A stretch of 64,000 bases of DNA from Takakia lepidozioides (taxonomy: Eukaryota; Plantae; Bryophyta), in assembly GCA_030704615.1 (NCBI GenBank), contig CM060732.1, positions 2,418,001 to 2,482,000 of the forward strand. The letters are read 5' to 3'. Made by a program: the position numbers and the translations under genes. The notes beneath the pieces were generated by a model. It saw only the letters and a list, made by a program, of their open reading frames with translations. It did no database searches and was not told where the DNA came from. Each line of letters starts with the position of its first letter. Positions within the stretch are counted from its first letter, which is position 1. Positions 52,081 through 63,500 of the stretch are shown piece after piece.

Positions 52081-55000
52081 CTAGGGTTTTTTTTTCTTAA
52101 TATTATTTCGTTACTGATTTTCTGTAGAGCTTCCATAATCAATGTACAGACCTAAAATCCATTGATATTAGGCCCCCATAGCTCTTATAAGCATGGAGGA
52201 CCTTCACTAACTTGGGAAAATGTGGGTTTGATCAACGCATCATCTACTTCCGTGTTAGACTCAACGACTGCCTACCCCAGTCAACTGTTATTCTCTACCT
52301 ACGTCAGTTCCACGGACTCGGGCATTATCCCGGGCTATGACTTCCTCTGGTGTTACGAAGGTTGGCACGCGTTCAAAGTTCACTTCCCCGCCCTCGCACC
52401 AGAATCGCGCCAAAGCTCTCTCGATTAGCTCTGCCACGTTAGCTACACATGGACGGTCGTCGTCGGGCTTCTTAGTGCTCTCTATCAGTGCTACGACGTA
52501 ACCCAGTGCCCCAATATAGCAGAGTCAGTAGTCATGCTCGCCCCTGGTGTAGTCCACGAGAGCGAGGATGGATTGGTTGATCTGGTCCTCGCTCATTCTC
52601 CTCCTCGTTCGTCTAATTAACTAACTCCCTATCCGGGTTCTTGCCCTCCGGTGGCTACACTATGAAGTTACAGTGTCACACTTTGGGGGCAAGCTCCTAG
52701 TGCTGATCCATACAGAATGCAAGAAACGACCAACAGATTGACACAACACGATTACACAGCGGATTCCCTAAAGATCTCCCTTCGTACTCTTTTACTACTA
52801 GGGAAATTCCCAAATCCGGGATGCCTGGACACTCCGTCCTACCAGTATAACGTGGGTCTCAGCCCGAGTATTCTCCTAGAGTGGTGTCTCTCTGCTGACT
52901 ACTGCTCCAGCTTGACAACCCTTTGTTTCTACTGTGGCTGGCCCACCCCTATCCCCCTCTTGCTTTGGCAATTACGGGCAATCACGCCTCTCTCCTTTGT
53001 TGTTGCGTCCTCCGCTTGAGCCTACACCTCAACACTCTCCCAAAATCATAGCAACTCCTCCCTTGGCGCTCCTCACCACACTCTCTCGCTCTTCTACTTG
53101 CTCTCTTGCCAATTGGTAAGCTCTCCCTTGCTCTCCTGCAGCTCCTGCCTATCCCACTGTTTGGCGTCCTCCACCCTACTACCTTCATGATTGCCTCCGG
53201 GATTCTCCACAGTAAGCTTCCCGAGTAATGATTGAGGCATGAAGTCATTCCTTGGCTCAAGAAAGTACTATGTCCTTACAGCAGTCCGTCCTTCTCGTTG
53301 CCTCTTGTGCCCCTGTACCAGTACACCTGCCTCATCGGTTTGGGCGTTCTTGTAGTTGGAGTTGGACTCGTAGCCTTTGCACCACTCTTAGTCTTCACGA
53401 AGCTCGTAGCCCTTTTCAACATTCGACACCATGACAACCTGCTGGCATCACGCTCACGCCACGTCACCTGGTGTGAGCGTACGTTCACACCACGTCACCA
53501 GTGTGTGAGAATGAACTATCAGGGGGTGAGAACAGAGAAGTTGCGGAGCTTGCAAGAGTTCCAGCGAAAGCCTACTGAGAGTTTGAGGGAGGCTTACACT
53601 CGCATGAGGCGCTTGATAAGTGTAACCCAAGGAGTTACGGAAGCTCAGGCAGTCCAATTCTGGTATAGGATATTGGAGAAGGAGCTGAGGAGAAGGGTGC
53701 GGGATGCAACTCTCCTACAAGTGGGCCAACCCACCCTAGCAAATGTGTTTTTGCTAGCAGAGCGGATAGAGCTCAATATGGTGGAGGAACGGGTGGTTAT
53801 GGTGGGGTTTGGCAAGGAGACACAAAGAAGTGGGGTTCCTAAACAACAGCAACAACCCCTTTAACGTGCTCAAGACAACAAGGGGGCTCAGACAAAGCCC
53901 AGTGAAGGTCAGAGGGGATCTCATATGCAAAGGTCTCTTCCTTCATTCTCAACCCAACAACAGACGAGTGCATCATGTTGGGATTGTGGTGGACCACATG
54001 TGAAGAATGATTGCCCAGAGAGAGGCAAAGGGTCGGCACATGCACAGCCTACACAACTATAGTGTGGGCATTGCGGCAAGTATGGGCATGAGGAGGCCCA
54101 TTGTTATGACTTGCATCCTGAGCTACGGCCAGGCCAATTCCAAGGGAACAATGGTGGTCAAGGACGAGGCACTGTAATCCAGAGAGGTAGAGAAGGCAGA
54201 GGTCGTAACCAAAACCAAGGAGCACAGGGCCAGGGTCAAGGTCATGACCAAGGCAAGGTGGATAGACTTGCCTAGCTAGAGCAACGTCTTGCTGCCATGG
54301 CCACTACTTATGTTGCGCCAGCTCCAAGGCTTGAGGTTTAAGCCCCACCTACACAACCTCCTAACCATGCCGCTGCATTGTCTATGGCAAATCAAATTGG
54401 TATGGGCTTCATGTGTGGAGCCGCACTTGCAGGGCCATTGCATGTAGACTCTGCAGCTGCTGTTACTCGAGCAGCAACTCGTGCTCCTGAGCCAATGGGA
54501 GCGGATGTGGATTTTGATCCACAGAGAGGGGAAGCAAGTCGACAGACAAGGCTTCCCCAATCTTTTACATTGGCCGAGACAGTGCCAACCACACCATCGA
54601 TGGTGTCGGCTCGTCCAAGTGTGTCAGAGGTAGTGTCACGGGTGCCATTCGGGAAAGTTGGTGTGGCTCAGGAAATTCCAGTGGGTGGTGCTGCAAAGCA
54701 AGGTGCAGCCAGTACATTGTTGGGGGCGGCTACGGCGGTTTGCCAAGCTCCATTGTTTTCTGCAATGACCATTGCAATGCCGGGGATTCGGCCAGCCGCT
54801 GTGTTTAGACTAGCAGCTAGACTCTGTAAGAGTAGCGATGCATCGGCATTATCTTCGGGGATAGCAGATAAGGTGCAGTCTATGGATGCCTTGGGATTCG
54901 AGGGTGAAGTCAGCCACAGCTGCGCCATGGCAAGCGGCAGCTACACGGTTACAGGAATTGTCAGTTAGGCCAGCCATTGAGCGCAGCATGGTGACTCCTG

Positions 55001-55546
55001 GGGTAGTCCTGGCGGACAATCAGGATGGAGTCTTTCAGTTAGGTGGCCCAACTGGGAGGAGATATAGGCCACTGCGAGTCTTGTTGGACTCGGGAGCTCA
55101 ACCATTGATGTTGGGGAGAGCGACAATTGCAGGCTGGGGCCTTACAGAGGCAGATTTGGAGCCTTGCCCTTTCCAGATTCAGACGTCTTTAGGTGGTTCA
55201 GAGAAGGCGCGAGGGATCACACGCCATGAGCTCTTCATTCGACTACAACCAGATCATCCTACGGATGGCTCAGTCATAAGAGCCATAGCCATTTGTTACG
55301 GACGTGATGTCATATAATGTGCTTGTTGGTGGGGCGGTGTTGTACCCCATGGGATTTACTCTAGACTTTTGGGAGGAAACAACATCCTACAGGCCAGAGT
55401 GGCAATCAGGGGATGTGCACTGCTCCCAGTGCGATTTATTGGGAATGTAGCAGTAGATCATAGGAACATGATGCCCACATTGGCTACATTCTCAAGGGTG
55501 GTGGCTTGGGGTGGTGAGCTTTTGGAGGGCAATAGCCATGCAGATA

Positions 55547-56953
55547 GGGGAATGCTTGCGCGTGAGCCTAGCCGCGTGAGCCTGTGAGCGTGTGAGCCCA
55601 GCCAGGGTCACGCCACGTCAGCAAGGTTTCCCACGTGCAAGACCTAATTCCGCGGATGCCACCTATTTCCGCGGAACTATAGGCGACTACTACGCCCCAG
55701 ATTTGCCAACATTAATTTCCGAGAAGTCTCATCCCTCAATCCAAATCTTAGTCGGATGAGAAATCACGGGTGGTTTGTGGATGATTTTTGTCCACGGGCA
55801 CAGGATATTTCAGATAGTACAATGTCATGTTGTGTAATGAACACGAAGGAGAATGAGTTTGTTCTAACGAAGTTCCGTCCCTCCAATTCACATCCATTTT
55901 TCATTGAAAGACGTTCTCCAGACAAACACCAGGAAATCCCTAAAGCGTCTTTGCGGTTTATGAAAAAACATGGTGCAGAACAGGTTGGCAAGACTTGCAA
56001 TGCAAGACACGAAACGAAGAACAACAGGGCCAGCAACCATACAAAATGCAAAAAACAGTCCTAAAAAAAGAATGCTTTCATTTCTCAAATCAAGGTTGCG
56101 TCAACACAAGGTTGATTTGCATCACCCTCCCAGGAAAAAAAAAACAAAAAAAAAACAAACAAACAAACAAACAAAAAATGATGCTTTCATTTCTCAAATC
56201 AAGGTTGCGTCAACGCAATGTTGATTTGCATCACTCCCCAAGGAGGAAAAAAACAAAACAAATCTTCAAAAAATGATTGCAAAAAATGATTGGGTTGATT
56301 TGCATCGCCCCCCAGGGAAGGGAAAAAAAAAATCAAAAAATCAAAAAATCAAAAAATGATGCTTTCATTTCTCAAATCAAGGTTGCGTCAACGCAAGGTT
56401 GATTTGCATCACCCCCAGGGAGAAATAAAAAATAAAAAATAAAATGAAGTCGTATGTCTGTCGGTGTATGTCACGTCATCAATCGTGCTGTGCGTGCGTC
56501 TACCATTTGTTGCATTCGTTCCCCAAACTCATTTGTTCATTTGCGAACACATCAAGTCACAGTCAAATGAACATTCTCGGAAATCAACCTCGTGTTAATA
56601 CAAGGTTCATTTCAAGTTCTCTGAAATCAACCTCGTGTTAACACAAGGTTGATTTCAGTTCTAGGAAATCAACCTCGTGTTAATACAAGGTTCATTTCAA
56701 GTTCTCTGAAATCAACCTCGTGTTAACACAAGGTTGATCTCTTCGGACGCCCTAAACCCTTAACCCATCTCACCTTCAGATGGTGAAATCCCACGGTTAT
56801 AGGCCCACCATCTTTGTGGTGACGTGGCACAACCTTGGGTGGGCTCACGCCATATCAGCACCAGCGCCACGTCAGCGCTGTGAGCGTAGGCTCACGCCAC
56901 ATCACCATTGTGTGAACGTACGCTCACACGTCAGGCTCACGCGGTAGCATCGT
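55547..56953. mobile_element. Non-autonomous DNA transposon (1407 bp) with 8-bp TSD and imperfect TIRs
   Basis: TSD TGCAGATA at 55539-55546 and 56954-56961. Ends GGGGAATGCTTGCGCGTGAGCCT and AGGCTCACGCGGTAGCATCGT. The empty site is visible in copy 1 (~17305-17320). Contains internal palindromic repeats. Confidence 0.85.
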
Positions 56954-56992
56954 TGCAGATAATAGGCCACCACCTGATGAGGACAAGCAATT

Positions 56993-57238
56993 GGGCAGAA
57001 GCATGCTAGAGTGGCTCACTTTTGTCCAGTCTACTCTAATCTACTCTCATTTCTCATCTTCAAAACACAACAGCTTTGTTTGGAAACCAATTTTTGGGTG
57101 ATCTCAAATTGAGTTGACAACAAAAATAAATTGCACCACCTAATTTGAAGTTCTATGAAAAAAGATATAAATGAAAGTAAACTAGTTTAGACTGGACGAA
57201 AATTTCGCAAAGTGAGTCACTGTAGCATGCTTCTGCCC
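56993..57238. mobile_element. 246-bp MITE with ~29-bp TIRs and 4-bp AATT TSD
   Basis: GGGCAGAAGCATGCTAGAGTGGCTCACTTT ... AAAGTGAGTCACTGTAGCATGCTTCTGCCC, flanked by AATT on both sides. Empty site CAATTGGCATAC in copy 1. Confidence 0.9.
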
Positions 57239-58503
57239 AATTGGCATACAAAGCTGAGTTGCTTCTTCATGTGCCTGTGCATAGCTCACTGTGGGGTACA
57301 GTTGGGTGCATCGAGTAGAAGACGAGTGTGTGCAATAAGCATAGCAGGAGGCCTTTCCATTGGTGGGTGAAGGAAATTCAGTGACATCACCTGGACCTCC
57401 TCAGTTAGCTCCATTGGACACAGTGCCCATTACCTGGCAACCACCTGACTTAGGAATTTGTTTGCTAGACCTGTTTGGAGGCATGAGCACTGGGCTTGCA
57501 GGAGTGTTGCAAGCTGGGATTAAAGTACGAAAGTACTTGTATGTGGAGAAGGATGAGATAGCTCGGCGTATTTCTATGCGCCACATTGCCTTGCTCACAC
57601 ACTAGTACCCTGAGTTGCTGCCTCTCTCAGCAATTCAAGGGTACCAAAAGGCCTTGCAAGCAGACATTACCTTGCTGGGGGCGGATGATTTGGGCCAGCA
57701 CGGTGCCATTGACTTGGTGATAGCCGAATGGCCTTGCCAAGGACACTCTCCCGCAAGTCATGGGAATGGCTTGCATGATGCAAGGTCGCATTTGTTTTGG
57801 GAGATGTTACGAGTGTTGCGTGACTTGCAGACGAGGCAAGTGCAACCTCCAGCCTACATCTTGGATAATGTTCTTCTTATGGGGGATTCTCGGACCAAGG
57901 TTATGGCTAGTGTGCATCAGGTGCGGTCTTGGATTGGACCAGTTGTATTGTTGGATGCATCTGCAATGGGTCACGGGCACAAAGGCCTAGGTTCTGGTGG
58001 ACCAATCTTGCACCACTATAGCTGCTCAAGAGAGCGTATGAGTCCATTCAACGGTCACCCAATCTTATGGTTGAGGGCATTTTGGACCAAGGGAGGGAAC
58101 CACAGAGGGTGCGACATGATGACCGTCCACCTTTGGCGGTGGTCAATCGATTGGGGCAGCCACGTGCAGCCTTGCCTACACTCATGAGCTTTCCCTCGTC
58201 TCATGTTTTTTGAGACAATGGTCCAGGGTTGATTTGGGACAGTGCACTACAGCAATTGGTGGAACCCAATGCGGATGAGCGAGAGCGGGCAATGGGATTT
58301 GCCACGGGCACTACAGCTGTGCCAGCTCTGTCAGAGGCATCACGCCGACATGTGTTGGGTCAGGCAATGGATCTAAATTGCTTGACATGGATCATTGGCT
58401 TGTGCATGGCTGAGCAACGGAGGTTGCAGGCAATGGTGGCTACTTCTGCACTCCCATTGGATTGTGCATACTCCCTGCCAACCGGGACGGTTGAAGCAGT
58501 GAG

Positions 58504-59703
58504 CACCAGAAGAAAAACGCGGAATAACCACTCTGGTAACCACTCATTTTGAGTGGGAAAAGACACCCAACCACTCTGGCCCCAGAGTGGTCTAGAACCA
58601 GTGGATCTTGACTCGGCAGTGGTTAAAGACATGACGTGTCCGAAGCTATTAAAGATAGTGGTTACGATCAAGTCCAGCTGTTTGCTTACGTGTCACAATG
58701 GTAAACTAACCATCATCCACTTTATCGAGTTTACATTATGCCATGATCAATACCCCCACGATTCAATCCTGGAAAAACGACAAAAATACGCCCCACTCAT
58801 TCTTGCAATTCGTCGGCAGGGATGGAAGACTGGCCCACTCACAGTCATCACTGCCGGAACCCGAGGTGGCATACACAACGCCAGTATCAATTATTTACAT
58901 GATAACTTCAAAATACCCATTCTCCCAATCCATCAATGTTTCAAAGCAATCCATCTTACAGCACTCCGTTCCCTAACAGCCATCATCACCAACAAACGCC
59001 AACTCAAAGCTAGCCCCTCTAGTGCACCCTGGGTCCCCCAGGGTCCCCCTGGTAACTCAGGGGGTTCATAGCAGCCCTCCCCTCTCTCTCTCCTTGGTAA
59101 CCTGGTGTCCCACAGGACACCTTCCTACTATAGGGCCCACCCCCGAAAGGGGACAGTAGCCGTAAGGCGAAGTGGCTCTTAGTTACGCCGGCTACGGCCA
59201 GAGTCTTCTCTCTCTCTCTCTCTGGTAAACTAACCACTTATGACATGTCACAGTGGTAAACCAACCACTTCACAACATACCACTTCAACCGTATGCGACG
59301 TGGACGCAGCCAATCCTTCGATCATACTTAGCAATCGACGGACACGTGTCCGTATTCACACGCACACGTGGCCAAATCCAGTTAGACGATTATGGGCTCC
59401 ATTATCTGGACACGTGGCCATATTACAAATGTGGTTCTAATAGTATTGATGTAGTGGTTTGGTTGTGTGCTAAAACCACTTACTGAGTGGTTCTATCAGT
59501 ATCAATGTATTGGATAGGTTGTGTGCTAAAACCACTGATGGAGTGGTTCTACCAGTATTGATGTAGTGGTTAGGTTGTGTGCTAAAACCACTGACTGAGT
59601 CATCCAATGTGTCCCACCAAGTAGGAACCATGTATTTGAATTATTACTACCAGAGTGGTATGTAAGTGATTGGGGCTACATCTGGAGGAGTACAACCACT
59701 CTT
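58504..59703. mobile_element. CACTA/EnSpm-like terminal region
   Basis: Starts CACCAGAAGAAAAACG exactly where Gypsy homology stops; many AACCAC/GTGGTT subterminal repeats in both orientations. Confidence 0.6.
58713..59222 (+). mobile_element. 5'-truncated REL-type LINE with (TC)n tail
   Basis: IIHFIEFTLCHDQYP...GTRGGIH...ITNKRQL; 14-bp TSD TGGTAAACTAACCA at 58699-58712 and 59223-59236. Confidence 0.9.
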
Positions 59704-60543
59704 GGGGAATGCTTGCGCGTGAGCCTGTGAGCCTGTGAGCCTATTAGCCTGGCTAGGCTCACGCCACGTCAGCAATCATCCACGTGTGCAGGTCCTAATT
59801 CCGTCCCCCCCCCCCCCCCCCCCCATTACCGCGGAACAGTTGTCGCCTATGTCCCTTTCATCGCCCCCACATGAATATTCTTTCCGACCGAGAACAATGG
59901 TAGGTTTGTGGATGGTTTAGGATCGAGGACATGATTTTTGAATGAGGAGATCGCCCGCTAGAGAATTGAATATTAACAACAAACCCCTTTTTTTGCAAAG
60001 TAGTTCATTCATTCCAACCCACAAACATTTTTCAATGCTGGAATCTGAAGACCTACCCCAGGCAATCCCTAACTGTTCTTACGGGAACGCGCGAAGATCT
60101 TGAAAACAGTTTGGGGATGGAAGCAAAACCAAAATACATTTTATTAAGTCATGGTACTTGAACCTCAAGAACTATTGGAGGTTTCAGATGAACTACTTCC
60201 AGAGTCTGCAGCAATATCATCTATGAACACAGCAGCCCCTCCTTGACGTTTTTTTTCTCCGTGACCCCCATGGAGAGGCAAATACATTGTTTGTTGGGAC
60301 AACACCCGTGCGCAAGCTTCCGCGTAAACCGGCAAGCGGTAAGCTCTAGGGGGACTCGGGGACATGTAGTATCCTTGGAAACCAAAAGGTGTATGCGTAT
60401 TCGATGACGCTTGCCGAACTCTGAAAAGCAAGAAGAGGAATGTGGTAGATGTTATCATCCAGAAATAGACAATGTAAGCAACCATCTGTCGAATGGGAAT
60501 GACACAATGAAATGCAACATATTTTGCACGACTAGAACCGAAC

Positions 60544-63500
60544 TTACTCACGCTCAAAATCGGAGTCCACGTCGAGATCCTTGTCAGGCGCTTCGGGCTC
60601 CTCAAGAAGTCCCTCCGTGGATGGGGCAAAAGTAGTGCCCGACTCAAGCTAATGAAGCTCGCTTGAGAAGAGCTCCGTATCAGCCTCCATGCCGAAGAAG
60701 TGCCTTCCGGCGTTTTTGCACGCATGAAAAGATGCTCCGGCAAATCGAAGATGAACGAGAAATCAAAACAGGGCTTCCCTAAGCTCACTGCCCACATTTC
60801 AAACACAGTGTTCAGGGCCCCACCTGTTCCCATAGACAAGTCAACCACTCGTCCACCATGATGGCTGCATGTCTCCACCAAAGTCTGCATGAAAGCTGGG
60901 GATTTCTCCCGTGCACCTCTCCAAGGGACACCAGTCGACCTTTTCGTGGTTCGACCCGAGTCCACGTAATTGAAGATTACATCATCCTCCACAGGCTCGC
61001 AGGTGGGGTCAATGTGAGCTGCAAGGTCCCTCAACTGGAACTCAGCAATACCAGGAGGAAGAGTGTCCTTACGCACCCTCACCAAGCACAAAGCTTCGAA
61101 CACCCGAGTCTGTCAATAATCACAAAGAGAGCATGAGGCAAAAAACAAAACCAACTTTTGACATGTACATCATAACCATAAAACATTAATTCAAAGGAAC
61201 CAACTCACTTTCTGCCCTAGGAACTCGCCCTTCGTAAGAGGCAGAGTGTTGATGCATGTCCAAGTTTTGATGACACAAAACCTGGAAGCTTTCATGTAGC
61301 TGAAAAGAGTTCTCCGTGCCGACATGTCCTTTGACTACATGAGAAGAAGAGCCCCCGAGTCAGAAAGGAATTTGTTGCTGAATGAGAAGGCCCACTGCCA
61401 GTAACGAGAATCCGATTTGTTCCAAGTGGGGGTTGAATTGGAAGGCAACACATCAGGGACAGGGAAACCGTCAGGAATATCCAGCACCATAAGGTCAGTC
61501 GCGTATGCCTGTTGAACTCCATTCACCCAATCCGGCCTTTTTGTGACCTACAGTAAAAAACAGGAGACAGTGTCACAAGCCCAATCTTGATCCAACAGGA
61601 AATCAATCCCATCGACAAGCCAGAACAAGTTGCCAAAACAAAATTATTCACACAACAGTTAAGACATATGTGCTTACCTGAGTGAGGAACGAAACAAGCA
61701 TGTCCCATGATTTCGAGGGCACCCCTTTGAATGTCGACTTCCCGGATTCCATCATTGCCAGAAAACTTTCATTCACCACCTTACGATAGAACTGGCCCAA
61801 AACCCTGGATGGATGTTCTCTCGCATCGAAAGGCTGCTCCCTCGACTTTGTTGTTCTCCTATCCCTCCTAGTTGGAGAAGGCTGTCTTTCAGCGACCTCT
61901 GACGGGCCCTGTTCCTGCGGAGCTGCACTCTTCCCCTTCCCCTTCGGATCCCCGGCAATCTTCCCCTTCCGTTTTGGAGTAGCAGATTTCTCAGGCTCTT
62001 TTGCAGCCAGAGCAGCAATGATTTTGTCTTGAATGTCTTTGTCAGCGAGTGGGGCAAGTGCCGCGGCGTTGTCGTTAAGGTTTCTCAAAACAACTTCATC
62101 GAATGGTGTGTCCTGTTTTGGCAGATCGAGGTACCACCCACAGTCTCTGAAGTGCGCCCTGCTCCAGTCTCTGGCAATACCAGCCATGTACATTGTCTTG
62201 TCATTGGAGGGGTCAGCCCACGAGTTGATGAAGTCTGGGTCATCGCTAAGGTACTTTCCTGGTATGAGGACATGATACATATACCCGAATGACACACACA
62301 CCCAAAATCCAGACAGTCGATCGATCTGATCAGAACACAGATCACACATCACGAGAAGTGTATTGGCATGCAGGTCAGTAACACTGATAAACCAACGTTT
62401 GAAAGCCCGATTCAACATTGCATTGACGCAATGTTGATTCGAGCTGAAATGGGAAACACCAAATTTGGAGAACTACACTTTCAACAAGCACGTACGAGAG
62501 GGAAAGCCCATTATCCTAAAACATCTCATGCACAACATTGGAACCCCAATCAACCTTGCATTGACGCAAAGAAGATTGGCGGATACACCTATGATAATGT
62601 AGCATTGAAAGAGACAGTGCTTGGCAACGGAATTCAACATTGCGTCAACGCAAGGTTGTTTTCATTAACAGAGGAAATGGAAAACAGTGATTGAAAACCA
62701 CCATCCGAATATCTGCTGGTATGGATATTCAACCTTGCGTTGACGCAAGGTTGAATTCCTCTGCTGAAACACCTGTCCAAGGTATTTTTGATAACCTTAA
62801 CTTTCCTACAATTGTATGGAAATCGGGGTATTTTGGTGGGATTAATCTAGCAATCCATACCGTCAAACAACGTTGCATCAACGCAAGGCTGTTTGATGGT
62901 AGAGTGTAAGCTCTAAACAGCATTTCAAACAGACTCCAAACTGACTTTAAGTTCATCCTGGCAGCATTGCAACTGGAAACCACCAAAAAAACAGCCCAAG
63001 AACACAGGAAAACCTACACAGCCAGGCCCTTCATCAACCTTGCGTTAATGCAAGGTTGATTTGCCTGTCAATTTTTGCCCTTTCACATGCAGAATAATGA
63101 CCTCATTGGATACCATGAAAGTGAAACCAAAACAAAGGGATATAAGCTTGCGTTAACGCAATGTTGCTCAGCTGCACGTCCAGAGCCTTCAGAGCTCCCT
63201 GAAAACCTCCGAATTCGCAGTTTTACATGGAAAAAACGAAACAAGAATACAGAAACATACACTTCAAGTACCAGAATTGTTTCTTGGAGGTCACACCTGT
63301 ACAACACTCGTTTCATTGATTGCTCGCTGTTGTACTGGTTTTTGAATTCGTAGGACCTGGAGATTCTTTTTTCTCTCTCAAACTCCCTGAAAAAACAGTT
63401 GTTCTAGACAGCGAGCTTCCATCTCCTGATATAGGCCTTCAGTGTGATCCGGGGGCAAGACATCTGGATTTTGTAGTCTGCCATTGACTCCCCAAGTGCA

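Larger units (their letters stand above)
53512..58503 (+). mobile_element. Gypsy-DNMT family copy 2 (gag, CCHC, protease, C5-MTase), split by two DNA-transposon insertions and cut off at 58503
   Basis: Colinear with 16010-19285 in reverse orientation: NYQGVRTEKLRSLQEF, LLDSGA, LLDLFGG, WPCQG, ERERAMGF...LGQAM. Confidence 0.92.

Noticed and set aside
59200-59222. LINE targeting of (TC)n microsatellites
   Set aside because: The 14-bp TSD lies outside the (TC)n run and contains no TC repeat, so the run is the element's tail.
60165-60737. C-terminal half of ORF 60165-61103 as real protein
   Set aside because: MTase similarity continues in a different frame after the intron at 60823-60738, so this part of the ORF is probably read-through.
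62411-63170. CRISPR array
   Set aside because: Spacing is irregular (about 85-170 bp), repeats are degenerate, there are no cas genes and the context is eukaryotic. Kept as a palindrome array.
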